From: Spirochaetia bacterium
GTDB taxonomy: Bacteria > Spirochaetota > Spirochaetia > UBA9216
Reading direction: 5' to 3'
NCBI GenBank assembly: GCA_963675665.1
Contig: OY776510.1
Coordinates: 1,248,001-1,312,000 of the forward strand
Length of the DNA: 64,000 bases
Position numbers and translations under genes: made by a program. The notes beneath the pieces are model-generated. The model saw only the letters and a program-made list of their open reading frames with translations, did not search any database and was not told where the DNA came from. Shown piece by piece: positions 50,397 through 60,888 of the stretch; positions within the stretch are counted from its first letter, which is position 1; each line of letters begins with the position of its first letter.

Positions 50397-51782
50397 ATGT
50401 CTAAATATGATGTTGTTGTTCTGGGGGCCGGTCCGGGCGGTTATGTCTCGGCCATACAGGCCGCCCAGAACGGCTTAAATACGGCTATAGTTGAAAAAGC
50501 TGATTTGGGAGGGGTTTGTCTTAACTGGGGTTGCATCCCCACCAAAGCATTGATTTCTTCAGCACACTTAATGGAAAAAATAAAAAAGATGGAGGAATAT
50601 GGAATTAAAACGGATTTGTCCGGTTTCGATTATTCCAGAGTCTATAAAGATTCACGAAATGCCTCGGCAAAATTGGCAGGAGGGGTAGGCTCTTTACTTA
50701 AAAAAAACAAGGTAGATCTCATTAAAGGCGTCGGCGTCATAGATTCTCCGGGTACGGTTCGCATATCGGCAACCGGGCAACTTGTGGAGACGGAAAATAT
50801 CATTATAGCAACAGGCTCGCGACCCAGGGAAATTCCCGGATTTGAGTTTAATGGAAATACAATCATATCGTCAAAAGATTTGTTGAATATGTCCGAACTT
50901 CCTGAAAGCATCATAATATTGGGGGCGGGCGCTATCGGAATTGAGTTTGCGTATATTTTAAATGCATTTGGGGTCAGAGTGCTTTTAATCGAGATGCTTG
51001 AGCGGATACTGCCGTCTGAGGATTTTGAAATATCGAATGAGCTGTTACGGGAATTGAAAAAGCAGGGAATTGAAATTCTCACGGGAACAAAAGCTGTTAA
51101 ACAAAAAAATAACGGCGGTTCTGTAATTCTTGAAATTGAGAAAGACGGAAAAGTTGAAAAGGTAGCTGCCGGGAAACTTCTTGTCGGTGTCGGACGACGG
51201 GCTAATATTGAAAATCTCGGACTTGAAAGAAACGGAATTGAAATTGAACGGGGCGTTATCAGGACCGGAGATTACTATAAAACTAATGTCAAAGGAATCT
51301 ATGCAATCGGCGATGTTGCCGGGTCACCTATGCTGGCTCATGCAGCATCACATGAAGGAGTAATTGTTGCAGATTATCTGGCAGGTAAAAATCCTCATAA
51401 ACGGGTAGATTCCAATTCCGTTCCGAGAGGCGTCTATTGTGAACCGCAGACTGCCGGTGTTGGGCTTACAGAACAGGAAGCAAAAGAAAAGGATATCAAA
51501 GTCAAGATCTCAAAATTTCCTTTTATAGGTTGCGGAAAAGCTGTGGCTACAGGAAAGCCTGAAGGTTTTGTAAAAATACTAAGTGATTCCCAAACGGAAG
51601 AAATTCTTGGTGCTTCAATTATAGGGTCCGAGGCAACAGAACTGATTCAGGAACTTGTTCTTGCGAAGAATTCAGAATTGCTGTCAGAGGATGTTATAAG
51701 CGCCGTTCATGGTCACCCGACATTATCTGAAGCGATAATGGAAGCCGCCAGAGGAATAAAGGGAAAGCCGATTCATATCTAA
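50397..51782 (+). CDS. lpdA: Dihydrolipoamide dehydrogenase E3
   Basis: GAGPGG, GGVCLNWGCIPTK, GAGAIG, HPTLSE. Confidence 0.96.
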   Translation: MSKYDVVVLGAGPGGYVSAIQAAQNGLNTAIVEKADLGGVCLNWGCIPTKALISSAHLMEKIKKMEEYGIKTDLSGFDYSRVYKDSRNASAKLAGGVGSLLKKNKVDLIKGVGVIDSPGTVRISATGQLVETENIIIATGSRPREIPGFEFNGNTIISSKDLLNMSELPESIIILGAGAIGIEFAYILNAFGVRVLLIEMLERILPSEDFEISNELLRELKKQGIEILTGTKAVKQKNNGGSVILEIEKDGKVEKVAAGKLLVGVGRRANIENLGLERNGIEIERGVIRTGDYYKTNVKGIYAIGDVAGSPMLAHAASHEGVIVADYLAGKNPHKRVDSNSVPRGVYCEPQTAGVGLTEQEAKEKDIKVKISKFPFIGCGKAVATGKPEGFVKILSDSQTEEILGASIIGSEATELIQELVLAKNSELLSEDVISAVHGHPTLSEAIMEAARGIKGKPIHI

Positions 51783-51792
51783 GGGGATATTC

Positions 51793-52227
51793 ATGATTAC
51801 AGGTATTAATCACTCAAGTTTCACTGTGTCTGATTTGGATGTTTCAGTAAAATATTATAAGGATATATTAGGAATGAAGCTTCACTCATATTCAGAAAGG
51901 CCGACGGAATATGTTGAAACTGTAACCGGAGTAACATGCTCCATGAAAGTGGCTTATCTGAACGGATACGGTTTGATGCTGGAGTTAATAGAATATGTCG
52001 GTTCAGAAAATAAAACACCTTCAAAGGTTACGAATATCGGTTGCGGACATATATGTTTTAATGTTGAAAATATGGGTGCAATAGTAGAGGAGATGGCAAA
52101 AGAGGGAGTTGAGTTTCTGGGAAGTCCGACAGAAATCCCCGCCGGGACGAATAAAGGCGGCTATGTAATTTATGCTCTTGATCCCGACGGTATTGTAACC
52201 GAATTTATTCAACCTCCGGCAAAATAA
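51793..52227 (+). CDS. VOC/glyoxalase-family protein
   Basis: INHSSFTVSD, LELIEY, GHICF, DPDGIVTE. Confidence 0.88.
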   Translation: MITGINHSSFTVSDLDVSVKYYKDILGMKLHSYSERPTEYVETVTGVTCSMKVAYLNGYGLMLELIEYVGSENKTPSKVTNIGCGHICFNVENMGAIVEEMAKEGVEFLGSPTEIPAGTNKGGYVIYALDPDGIVTEFIQPPAK

Positions 52228-52262
52228 CAAAATTCAAACGGTGAATTCGAGGTGTTTTAATT

Positions 52263-53114
52263 ATGAGTATTACTGAAGAAAAGATAAAGGAATTATCACG
52301 CATAAGCTGGGAATTGCGCCTGGATGTGCTTGAAATGTTTTCATACGGCAAAGCCCATCATTTCGGGGGCTCACTTTCCTGCATAGAAATTTTAAGTTGC
52401 CTGTATTTTTACAAGATGAATATCGACAAGGGAAATTATAAAAGCCGGGAACATGATAAATTTATAATGAGTAAGGGCCATTCTGTTCCGGCACAATATG
52501 CAATTTTGGCCCGGCTCGGCATAATCGGGAAAGAGGAATTAAAGACGATAAAAGTGATTGGATCAAGACTGCAGGGGCATCCTGATGTTTTAAAAACGCC
52601 GGGAATTGAAGCACCTACTGGATCGTTAGGTCAGGGGTTATCGTATTCGAACGGGATAGCGCTTGCCGATAGGGCAGATAAATTAAAAACAAACGTTTTT
52701 GTATTGCTTGGAGATGGAGAACTGCAGGAAGGTCAGGTCTGGGAAGCCGCTATGACAACCTCCAATTATAATCTGTCAAATGTTTGCGTGATTGTTGATA
52801 AAAATAAATATCAGAGCCAGGGCGAGGTGGATGAATTAAAACGTGTTAGTCCTGTTGACCTGAAATTTGAGGCATTCGGATGGGATGTAAAATGTATCGA
52901 CGGACATAATATTGCAGGTATATGTGATGCTCTGGATCTGGTAGTTGATAATAGGGAAAAACCTCTGGCTATAATTGCCGACACGGTTAAAGGAAAGGGA
53001 ATTTCATTTATTGAAAATACATATAAATATCATAATTACAGCATGTCCAAAGAAGAATATGACAATGCGCATGCCGAAATAAAGAAGCGGATTGCAGACC
53101 TTATGAAGGAATAG
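52263..53114 (+). CDS. Transketolase-like protein, N-terminal TPP-binding subunit
   Basis: SKGH, LQGHP, TGSLGQG, GDGELQEG. Confidence 0.92.
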   Translation: MSITEEKIKELSRISWELRLDVLEMFSYGKAHHFGGSLSCIEILSCLYFYKMNIDKGNYKSREHDKFIMSKGHSVPAQYAILARLGIIGKEELKTIKVIGSRLQGHPDVLKTPGIEAPTGSLGQGLSYSNGIALADRADKLKTNVFVLLGDGELQEGQVWEAAMTTSNYNLSNVCVIVDKNKYQSQGEVDELKRVSPVDLKFEAFGWDVKCIDGHNIAGICDALDLVVDNREKPLAIIADTVKGKGISFIENTYKYHNYSMSKEEYDNAHAEIKKRIADLMKE

Positions 53115-53135
53115 AACATAAGAAGGAATTGTATC

Positions 53136-54074
53136 ATGGATGCTACACGAGACGGATTAGGTAAGGCTTTAAAAGAAATTGCTGAGATAGATCCCGATGT
53201 ATTTGTAATGGATTGCGATCTTGGAAGATCTACGCGCGCATACGATATTACTGAAGTTGATAAAAGCAGATTTATTGAAATGGGGATAGCGGAACAGGAT
53301 ATGATATCAACAGCTGCAGGGATGACAGCTGCCGGGAAAAAAGTCTTTGTTAATTCATTCGCTATTTTTGTAACAGGTCGGTGCTTTGATCAGGTAAGGC
53401 AGCAGGTAGCATTACCGAAGGCTAACGTAAAAATTTGCGGATCCAGTGCAGGCCTGACGCAGGGTTATGACGGGGCAACGCATCAATCACTTATAGATGT
53501 TGGAATAATGAGGTTGCTGCCGAACTTTACAGTGGTAGTCCCTGCGGACCCGAATCAGGCTTTTGCTGCAGTGAAAATAGCTGCATCAACGGACGGACCC
53601 TTTTATATAAGGTTGTCGCGTTATAATACGGGGGATTTTATTGAAAGGAAAATCCCGTTTGAACTAGGTAAGGCCCAGGAATTATATAAAGGGGAAAAAA
53701 TAGCTATAGCAGGAACCGGTCCTGTTTTAAAGAATTGTATGGCTGCATGCGAAGCACTGTCAGATTCGGGATTATCGGTAGGTTTATATAATTTTCACAC
53801 AATAAAACCGATTGATGAAAATATGGTTAAAGAGCTAATCAGTAAGTACACTATCATTATTACTGTCGAAGAACACAGCATTTACGGAGGTTTGGGAACG
53901 GCCATATCGGAAATTTATGCCGGTCTTGGTTGCGGAAATAATTGCAGAATCGTTAAGATGGGAGTTAACGACTGCTTTGGAGAATCCGGAAGTGCCGATG
54001 AACTTCTGCGGAAATTCAAGCTTGATACCGATAGTATAGTTGAAAAGGTAAAGCAATTACAAAAAGACAGCTAA
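53136..54074 (+). CDS. Transketolase-like protein, C-terminal subunit
   Basis: GIAEQ, DGATHQ, YIRL, VEEHS..GGLG, FGESG. Confidence 0.92.
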   Translation: MDATRDGLGKALKEIAEIDPDVFVMDCDLGRSTRAYDITEVDKSRFIEMGIAEQDMISTAAGMTAAGKKVFVNSFAIFVTGRCFDQVRQQVALPKANVKICGSSAGLTQGYDGATHQSLIDVGIMRLLPNFTVVVPADPNQAFAAVKIAASTDGPFYIRLSRYNTGDFIERKIPFELGKAQELYKGEKIAIAGTGPVLKNCMAACEALSDSGLSVGLYNFHTIKPIDENMVKELISKYTIIITVEEHSIYGGLGTAISEIYAGLGCGNNCRIVKMGVNDCFGESGSADELLRKFKLDTDSIVEKVKQLQKDS

Positions 54075-54108
54075 GATTATTCCATAAAAAATCGGTTTTC
54101 TCTTTTTC

Positions 54109-54158
54109 TTGACTTAATGCAAACGTCTGCATTATAATTAATGCACACGTTTGCATTA
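54109..54158 (+). promoter_or_regulatory. Sigma70 promoter with two LacI-type operators
   Basis: TTGACT-N18-TATAAT; operators AATGCAAACGTCTGCATT (54116-54133) and TAATGCACACGTTTGCATTA (54139-54158). Confidence 0.8.
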
Positions 54159-54163
54159 ATGTT

Positions 54164-55219
54164 TTGTATAAAGAGGTGTTTATTCTGACCATCAAGGAAC
54201 TGGCCAAAATTGCAGGTCTGAACCATTCGACTGTTTCAAGAAGCCTTAACGACAGCCCGCTTATCTCGGACGAGACCAAGCAGCGGGTGCTGAAACTTGC
54301 CGAAGAGTATAATTTCGAGTTAAACGCGAATGCACGCGGTATGAGAACAAGAAAGACGGGCACAATAGGCGTGATTATGCAGGAATTTGATGATAAATTC
54401 CGAGACCTCCAATATCTCGGAAGTCTTATGAACAGTCTGCGCTACAGAATAGAAGAAAACCAGTACGACAGTATAATAAACTTCCCGAAAAACCCCAAAA
54501 CAGGGAAAAGCAATATAAGAAAACTCATACAGCAGCGGAAGGTGGACGGCCTTTTGCTTGTTATCCAGCAGCTTGATGATGACGACTGGAAGGTCCTCAA
54601 TGAATCCGAAGTGCCTTTTGTCTCGCTTCATTATAAATGGCCCGGCAATTACCAGGAAAATATAAACTATGTCTATCCCGATAATTACCGGGGAGGGTAT
54701 ATGGCAACGGAGTGTCTCTTAAAGGCCGGCTGCCGGAAAATTATCAGTCTGACCGAGGTTTATGCTAAAGATGAATTCCAGGAACGCAGTCGCGGGTTCC
54801 GCGATGCTTTGAAAGACTGGGGAATAGTACAAAACCGGGAAAATATTTTTAATGTCAAAAGCAGCTTTGAATTTGGATACAGCTTCATCATGGAAAACCG
54901 AAGGTTGCTTGAAGAAATTGACGGTATTTTTGCACAGACAGACATGAAAGCCATAGGTGCAATAGAGGCAATGAAGGAGCTGGGAATAAAAGTCCCGGAG
55001 AATATTGCCGTAGTCGGATATGATGATATTGATATTGATTATTTTTTCAAACCCAGGCTGACGACTATTCATCAGCCGAGAGAACGGCATGCAGAAATTG
55101 CGTGTAAAAAACTTATCGAAATGATTGAAAACAATAACGCTGATAAACTTGTTCAGATGATCATGGAACCTGAGATGCTGATCCGTGAATCATGTGTTGT
55201 CAAAGAAGGTACTGAATGA
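54164..55219 (+). CDS. LacI-family regulator
   Basis: TIKELAKIAGLNHSTVSRSLN; VVGYDD, LTTIHQP; start uncertain. Confidence 0.93.
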   Translation: MYKEVFILTIKELAKIAGLNHSTVSRSLNDSPLISDETKQRVLKLAEEYNFELNANARGMRTRKTGTIGVIMQEFDDKFRDLQYLGSLMNSLRYRIEENQYDSIINFPKNPKTGKSNIRKLIQQRKVDGLLLVIQQLDDDDWKVLNESEVPFVSLHYKWPGNYQENINYVYPDNYRGGYMATECLLKAGCRKIISLTEVYAKDEFQERSRGFRDALKDWGIVQNRENIFNVKSSFEFGYSFIMENRRLLEEIDGIFAQTDMKAIGAIEAMKELGIKVPENIAVVGYDDIDIDYFFKPRLTTIHQPRERHAEIACKKLIEMIENNNADKLVQMIMEPEMLIRESCVVKEGTE

Positions 55220-56889
55220 ACAACTCAGTCGAAAGAAAATGGTGGAAAGAAGCTGTCGTGTATCAAATATATCCGAGAAGTTTCTACGACTCAAACGGGG
55301 ACGGAATAGGTGACCTGAGAGGGATAATAGGGAAACTGGATTATATCGCGTCTTTGGGAGTAAACGTCATCTGGCTTAACCCCGTTTACAGCTCGCCGAA
55401 TGACGATAACGGTTATGATATCAGCGACTATTATGAGATTATGCCCGAATTCGGCACAATGGCCGAGTGGGAGGATCTGCTTGCAGGCATTCATGAACGC
55501 GGAATGAAACTGATAATGGATCTTGTCGTAAACCATACCTCGGACGAGCATGAGTGGTTTGTTGAATCCAGGAAGTCACGGGACAATGAATACCGCGACT
55601 ACTACATCTGGCGCGACGGGAAAAACGGTCGCGAACCAAACAACTGGCTTGCAAATTTTTCCGGCAGCGCCTGGGAATACGATGAAAAAACTGATCAGTA
55701 TTATCTTCATCTGTTTACAAGAAAACAGCCGGATCTTAACTGGGAAAACAGTCGCGTCCGCGAAGAAGTGTATAAGATGATGCGCTGGTGGCTTGATAAG
55801 GGGATAGACGGGTTCAGGATCGATACCGTCAATATGTTTTCAAAAGTTCCGGGGCTGCCCTCCGTGGGGAATGCGGACGACGGGAAACTTCGCCGGGCCG
55901 GGCAGTTTTTTATGAACGGCCCAAGGATTCACGAGTATATACATGAAATGTATAAAGAAGCGATTGCCGGTCGTGATGTTATGACTGTCGGCGAATGCCC
56001 CGATGTGGAGCCTGAAACGGCCCTGGATTATGTTGCTCCTGATCGTAAAGAACTTGATATGCTTTTTCAGTTTGAGCATATGGGCATTGATCGTTCCGAT
56101 GACGACAAGTGGGACATCTCTTCCTTTAATCTGGTTAAATTCAAGGAGATTATTTCAAAATGGCAGAAAGGCCTGCACGGCAGGGGCTGGAACTGTAATT
56201 ACCTGATGAACCATGATCAGCCCCGTGTGGTTTCACGTTTCGGCAACGACAAAGAATACCGTATTGAATCGGCAAAGATGCTTCTTACCTTTCTTTTTAC
56301 CCTGGAAGGCACAGTGTATATCTATCAGGGCGAAGAAATCGGTATGGTTAATTCGGGACTTGATAAAATCGGTGATTACCGTGATGTTGAAGTGTTTAAT
56401 CATTTTCGTGAAGCGACGGCAGAGGGAAAAGATCAGGATAAATTAATTAAAGCTTACATGAAAATGAGCCGTGATAATTCGCGTACTCCGATGCAGTGGT
56501 CTTCTGCCCCCAATGCCGGGTTTTCGACAGGAAATCCCTGGATTAATTTGGGTAAAAGCTGGCGTGATATTAATGTTGAAAAAGATCTTCTTTCAGACTC
56601 TTCCGTCATCGAATATTTCCGCAATCTTGTCAGGATGCGGAAAAATCACCCGGCATTGATTTATGGCGAATATGAGCAGCTTCTGCCTGAAGACGAAGAG
56701 CTGTTTGTTTACCGAAGACGTCTTCAGAATTCAGGATATCTGGTAATTCTTAATTTCAGCTCCGGGAGTCGAAAATATTCAGACTGCCCTTTATCTGCGG
56801 TATTGGTAACAGGTAATTATACCGAATCCGGGAATGTCCCCGGGGTTCTCATCAGACCGTGGGAAGCGCGTGTATATAAAATTTCTTAA
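55216..56889 (+). CDS. GH13 oligo-1,6-glucosidase / alpha-glucosidase
   Basis: WWKEAVVYQIYPRSF, DLVVNH, QPDLN, DGFRID, TVGE, NHD. Confidence 0.94.
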   Translation: MNNSVERKWWKEAVVYQIYPRSFYDSNGDGIGDLRGIIGKLDYIASLGVNVIWLNPVYSSPNDDNGYDISDYYEIMPEFGTMAEWEDLLAGIHERGMKLIMDLVVNHTSDEHEWFVESRKSRDNEYRDYYIWRDGKNGREPNNWLANFSGSAWEYDEKTDQYYLHLFTRKQPDLNWENSRVREEVYKMMRWWLDKGIDGFRIDTVNMFSKVPGLPSVGNADDGKLRRAGQFFMNGPRIHEYIHEMYKEAIAGRDVMTVGECPDVEPETALDYVAPDRKELDMLFQFEHMGIDRSDDDKWDISSFNLVKFKEIISKWQKGLHGRGWNCNYLMNHDQPRVVSRFGNDKEYRIESAKMLLTFLFTLEGTVYIYQGEEIGMVNSGLDKIGDYRDVEVFNHFREATAEGKDQDKLIKAYMKMSRDNSRTPMQWSSAPNAGFSTGNPWINLGKSWRDINVEKDLLSDSSVIEYFRNLVRMRKNHPALIYGEYEQLLPEDEELFVYRRRLQNSGYLVILNFSSGSRKYSDCPLSAVLVTGNYTESGNVPGVLIRPWEARVYKIS

Positions 56890-56905
56890 TACGGAGGCTT
56901 TAGAA

Positions 56906-59905
56906 GTGATTGAAAACAGTAGTTTTCCATATGAAGAATGGGCTCTGACTGAAAATGAATATCGTCCGGACGAGATCGGACGCAATGCGTCCCTGTTTTT
57001 TCTCGGAAACGGTTACCTGGGCATCAAGGGAAGTCTCGAAGATACCGGCGTAGGCAACGGATGCTTTATAAACGGATTTTACGAAAGCGGTCCGCAGTTT
57101 TACGGCGAATCTGCTTTCGGTTTTCCCGACCGCAGGCAGGCAATACTGAACCTGCCGGATCCTGTAGCTATTACTGTTTTTCTTGATGATGAACGTTTCA
57201 GTCCCGATTATGGTGTTCTGATAAATTATAAAAGACAGCTGGATTTAAAAAAAGGAATAGTAAAACGCGAGCTTGTATGGAAATCTCCCGGGGGCCGGAA
57301 GATGAAGTTAAGCACCACAAGGTGCGTTTCGTTCGACCGCAGCCATCTGGCTGTATTAAGCCTGAGAGTCTCTGATCTTGAAGGTGTAAGCCGGTTAAGA
57401 ATAGTATCCGGCTGCAGCACTGAAGTTATCAGTCACCAGGCTGATAAAAGCGACCCACGCACGGGAGCGGGTTTTAAGCACAGCGTTCTCGACTGTCTCG
57501 AAAGAAGAATAGAACGGGACAGGGCCATCATTATCCAGCAGACGGTGAACAGCGGTCTCCGGTTCTCAGAGGCGGTTTCAAATTCTCATTGTTCCGGGCT
57601 GCGTCCCCTGAAACCGGTGTCGACGGACAGCGGTATCGAGTTCCATTACGAAGGGTTTCCCGATGAGGAAACCGTCAGTTTCTCGCTTGATAAATTTATA
57701 AGCTTTTATACCTCAATAGAAAATGATCCGAAGCAGCTTGCGGATTTGGCCGAAGGTGAGGTAAGCCGTGCCGAGCATGACGGCATAGATGTTATTTTAT
57801 CCGAACAGTCAAAGGCCGTGACAAGGTTCTGGGATGCGGCGGACGTAAGAATTGACTCCGTTGGAGAAGACGGATTGAGGCAGGGGTTGCGCTTCAACCT
57901 GTTTTCGATCTACCAGTCGGCCGGTCGCGACGGCTTGAGAAATATAGCCGCAAAGGGTTTAAGCGGGGAAGGCTATGAGGGGCATTATTTCTGGGACACC
58001 GAAATCTTTGTTATACCTTTTTTCGCCTATACATTCCCCGGTATTGCCGGAAAGCTGCTTGAGTACCGCTATAATATTCTTGATGAAGCGCGAAAACGTG
58101 CCCGTGTGATGAGTGAAAAGGGAGCGCTTTTTCCCTGGCGCACAATCAACGGAGAGGAGGCTTCCGCCTACTTTCCGGCGGGAACGGCCCAATACCATAT
58201 CAATGCCGATATTGCATACGGTATCGGAAAATACGAAAGTATCAGCGGCGATCACGAGTTTCTTGAACGTTTCGGGTGTGAGATTCTGGTGGAAACAGCA
58301 AGACTCTGGATGTCTCTGGGTTTTTTCGACAAAAAAACGGCTTCATTCAGGATTAACTGCGTTACCGGCCCTGACGAGTACACGGCAATAGTGAACAATA
58401 ATTATTTCACAAATATCATGGCCGGAAACAATCTCCGTTATGCCGCGGAAACAATCAGCATTTTAAAAAAGAACCAGCCGGAAAAATATTCGGAACTTGC
58501 CGGACGGCTTAATTTCGATGAATATGAGCTTGTTGAATGGAAAAAAGCCGCTTCCGTGATGTATCTTCCTTATGACGAAAAGCTGTGCGTTCATGCTCAG
58601 GATGATTCGTTCCTGCAGAAGGAACCCTGGGATTTTGATGATGACGCAAAGAATAAACATCCGCTGCTTCTATATCTGCATCCGTTGGTAATATACCGTT
58701 ACCAGATTCTGAAGCAGCCGGATGTAGTACTTGCCAATTTTCTGCAAAGCAGCAGCTTTTCAAGAATTCAGAAAATACGTGATTATGATTATTATAATCC
58801 GCTCACAACCGGAGATTCGTCCCTGTCTCCCTGTGTCCAGAGCATTATGGCCGCGGAGCTGGGGCGGGTTGAAGAAGCCTACGGCTATTTTATGAAAACA
58901 GCAAGAATGGATATAGACGATATTAATTCAAACGTCTGCGACGGCGTACATATTGCCGCAATGGGCGGAACCTGGTTATCGTTAATCTACGGGTTTGCCG
59001 GATTGCGGGATAATGACGGAAATCTGTCGTTTTCACCGCGGCTGCCGAAGGCCTGGAACGGGTTGAAATTTAATCTCGGCTACAGAGGAAAAAAACTGTC
59101 GGTCGATATTAATCACGAAAAGGCAGTATACAGTCTGTCGGAAAATTCTTCCTTCGCCGGGACGGCTGACTGCAGTCTCAAGATTTCTCATATGGGCTCC
59201 GATTATACAGTCAGATGCGGCCGGCCGGTTGAAATCAGTATGAAGCCTGGGTTGAAAGCTGTAATATTCGATCTTGACGGGGTTGTTACCGACACCTCGG
59301 AGATGCATTATCAGGCCTGGAAAAGACTTTCGGAGGAAAGGGGCTATAATTTTTCAAGACAGATTAATGAAGCTTTGCGAGGTATCGGCAGGCTTGAGTC
59401 TCTTGATATTATCCTGCGGAATTCCGGAGTAAGTTTGACTGCTGAGGAACGTTATCATCAGGGAGAGCTTAAAAACTCATATTACAAAGAACTGCTTAAA
59501 ACAATTACGCCTGATAATATATTGCCGGGCATAGCCGTATTTCTTGATGAGTTAAAAGAAAACAAGGTAAAGACTGCCCTTGCTTCGGCCAGCCGCAATG
59601 CGGGTGAAGTCATCAGCAGGCTGGGACTTGAAAGCAGTTTTAATGTTATTATGAATGCAGCGGCTGTAGAGCGGGGCAAACCCGATCCGGAGATTTTTGT
59701 AACAGCTGCCGAACAGCTTGGCGTTCCCGAAGAATATTGTGCCGGAATAGAAGATGCCGCAGCAGGAATAGAGGCCATAAAGGCGGCAGGAATCTTTTCT
59801 GTCGGAATAGGTGATGCGGCGTCCGGGGCCGACTGGGCCGTTAGCTGTACTTCAGAGCTTAATCTTGATGAACTGACAGGGGTTTTTATGAAGGGTAAAA
59901 AATGA
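56906..59905 (+). CDS. GH65 disaccharide phosphorylase fused to beta-phosphoglucomutase
   Basis: [23 protein letters not shown]; C-terminal HAD domain FDLDGV..., GKPDPE, IEDA; GTG start after GGAGG. Confidence 0.9.
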   Translation: MIENSSFPYEEWALTENEYRPDEIGRNASLFFLGNGYLGIKGSLEDTGVGNGCFINGFYESGPQFYGESAFGFPDRRQAILNLPDPVAITVFLDDERFSPDYGVLINYKRQLDLKKGIVKRELVWKSPGGRKMKLSTTRCVSFDRSHLAVLSLRVSDLEGVSRLRIVSGCSTEVISHQADKSDPRTGAGFKHSVLDCLERRIERDRAIIIQQTVNSGLRFSEAVSNSHCSGLRPLKPVSTDSGIEFHYEGFPDEETVSFSLDKFISFYTSIENDPKQLADLAEGEVSRAEHDGIDVILSEQSKAVTRFWDAADVRIDSVGEDGLRQGLRFNLFSIYQSAGRDGLRNIAAKGLSGEGYEGHYFWDTEIFVIPFFAYTFPGIAGKLLEYRYNILDEARKRARVMSEKGALFPWRTINGEEASAYFPAGTAQYHINADIAYGIGKYESISGDHEFLERFGCEILVETARLWMSLGFFDKKTASFRINCVTGPDEYTAIVNNNYFTNIMAGNNLRYAAETISILKKNQPEKYSELAGRLNFDEYELVEWKKAASVMYLPYDEKLCVHAQDDSFLQKEPWDFDDDAKNKHPLLLYLHPLVIYRYQILKQPDVVLANFLQSSSFSRIQKIRDYDYYNPLTTGDSSLSPCVQSIMAAELGRVEEAYGYFMKTARMDIDDINSNVCDGVHIAAMGGTWLSLIYGFAGLRDNDGNLSFSPRLPKAWNGLKFNLGYRGKKLSVDINHEKAVYSLSENSSFAGTADCSLKISHMGSDYTVRCGRPVEISMKPGLKAVIFDLDGVVTDTSEMHYQAWKRLSEERGYNFSRQINEALRGIGRLESLDIILRNSGVSLTAEERYHQGELKNSYYKELLKTITPDNILPGIAVFLDELKENKVKTALASASRNAGEVISRLGLESSFNVIMNAAAVERGKPDPEIFVTAAEQLGVPEEYCAGIEDAAAGIEAIKAAGIFSVGIGDAASGADWAVSCTSELNLDELTGVFMKGKK

Positions 59906-60825
59906 AAGGAATGGAGCTGTCGGAACGATACTTTAACAGGTACGGCATAGATATGATAGAGTCGGCAGCGCCGGGGCTTTCGGATAGATGCGCCGCCGGG
60001 CTTGCCGGTCCCGGTTCGGAATGTCTTGGGTTTGATGACGAAATTTCGCGTGATCATGACTGGGGCCCAGGGTTCTGCCTTTGGCTTTCCAATGAGGACT
60101 ACGACCTGTTCGGCAAACAGCTGACAGAAGCCTACAGCAAGCTTCCTTCCGTATTCGAGGGATATGGTCCGAGGATTGTCTCAGAAGGTGAAGCACACCG
60201 TATCGGAGTAATGTGTGCGGATGATTTTTTTAATCGATACACCGGTTTTACCGGGCAACCCGGTAAATTAAAAGACTGGTTTATTCCGCCGGAAAACTTC
60301 AGCCTGTGCACAAACGGCCGGGTGTTTCATGACCCGTCGGGATTTTTTACAAAGCGGCGAAGGTTTCTGATTGATAATTACCCGGAAGAGCTCAGGCGGA
60401 AAAGAATAGCAGCCAGGTGCCTGGATGCGGGCCAGGCAGGTCAGTATAACCTGCAGCGTTCAGCCGGGCGCGGCGAAACATATGCCGAATTTTACGACAG
60501 GCAGAGGTTTTGTGAGTCGGCGCTGAAACTTGTATTTCTGCTTAACCGCGCCTTTCCGCCTTATTACAAATGGCTCCACCGCGCGGCGGCAGATCTGCCG
60601 GTTATGGGGAGGCGGGCTGCTGATGTTGCCTCCGAAGTGCTTGAAACTCAATCTGCCGCCGATTGTTTTTCCGTTATCGAACCGTTTTGTGCCGAATTGG
60701 CCGCCGAACTGAGAAGCCGGGGAATATCCGAATTAAATGATGATTTTCTTGTTCATCAGGCAATCCATATTAATAACCGTATTGAGAACGATCATCTCAG
60801 GGGGTATCCGTTTTCAGTCTTTTAA
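59902..60825 (+). CDS. DUF4037-type protein (nucleotidyltransferase-like)
   Basis: [38 protein letters not shown]. Confidence 0.75.
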   Translation: MKGMELSERYFNRYGIDMIESAAPGLSDRCAAGLAGPGSECLGFDDEISRDHDWGPGFCLWLSNEDYDLFGKQLTEAYSKLPSVFEGYGPRIVSEGEAHRIGVMCADDFFNRYTGFTGQPGKLKDWFIPPENFSLCTNGRVFHDPSGFFTKRRRFLIDNYPEELRRKRIAARCLDAGQAGQYNLQRSAGRGETYAEFYDRQRFCESALKLVFLLNRAFPPYYKWLHRAAADLPVMGRRAADVASEVLETQSAADCFSVIEPFCAELAAELRSRGISELNDDFLVHQAIHINNRIENDHLRGYPFSVF

Positions 60826-60888
60826 AAGTTACCGGGTTTTAATAAATAATCTTGGTAAATTTTGTGACATTGTATTACTATTAAAACT

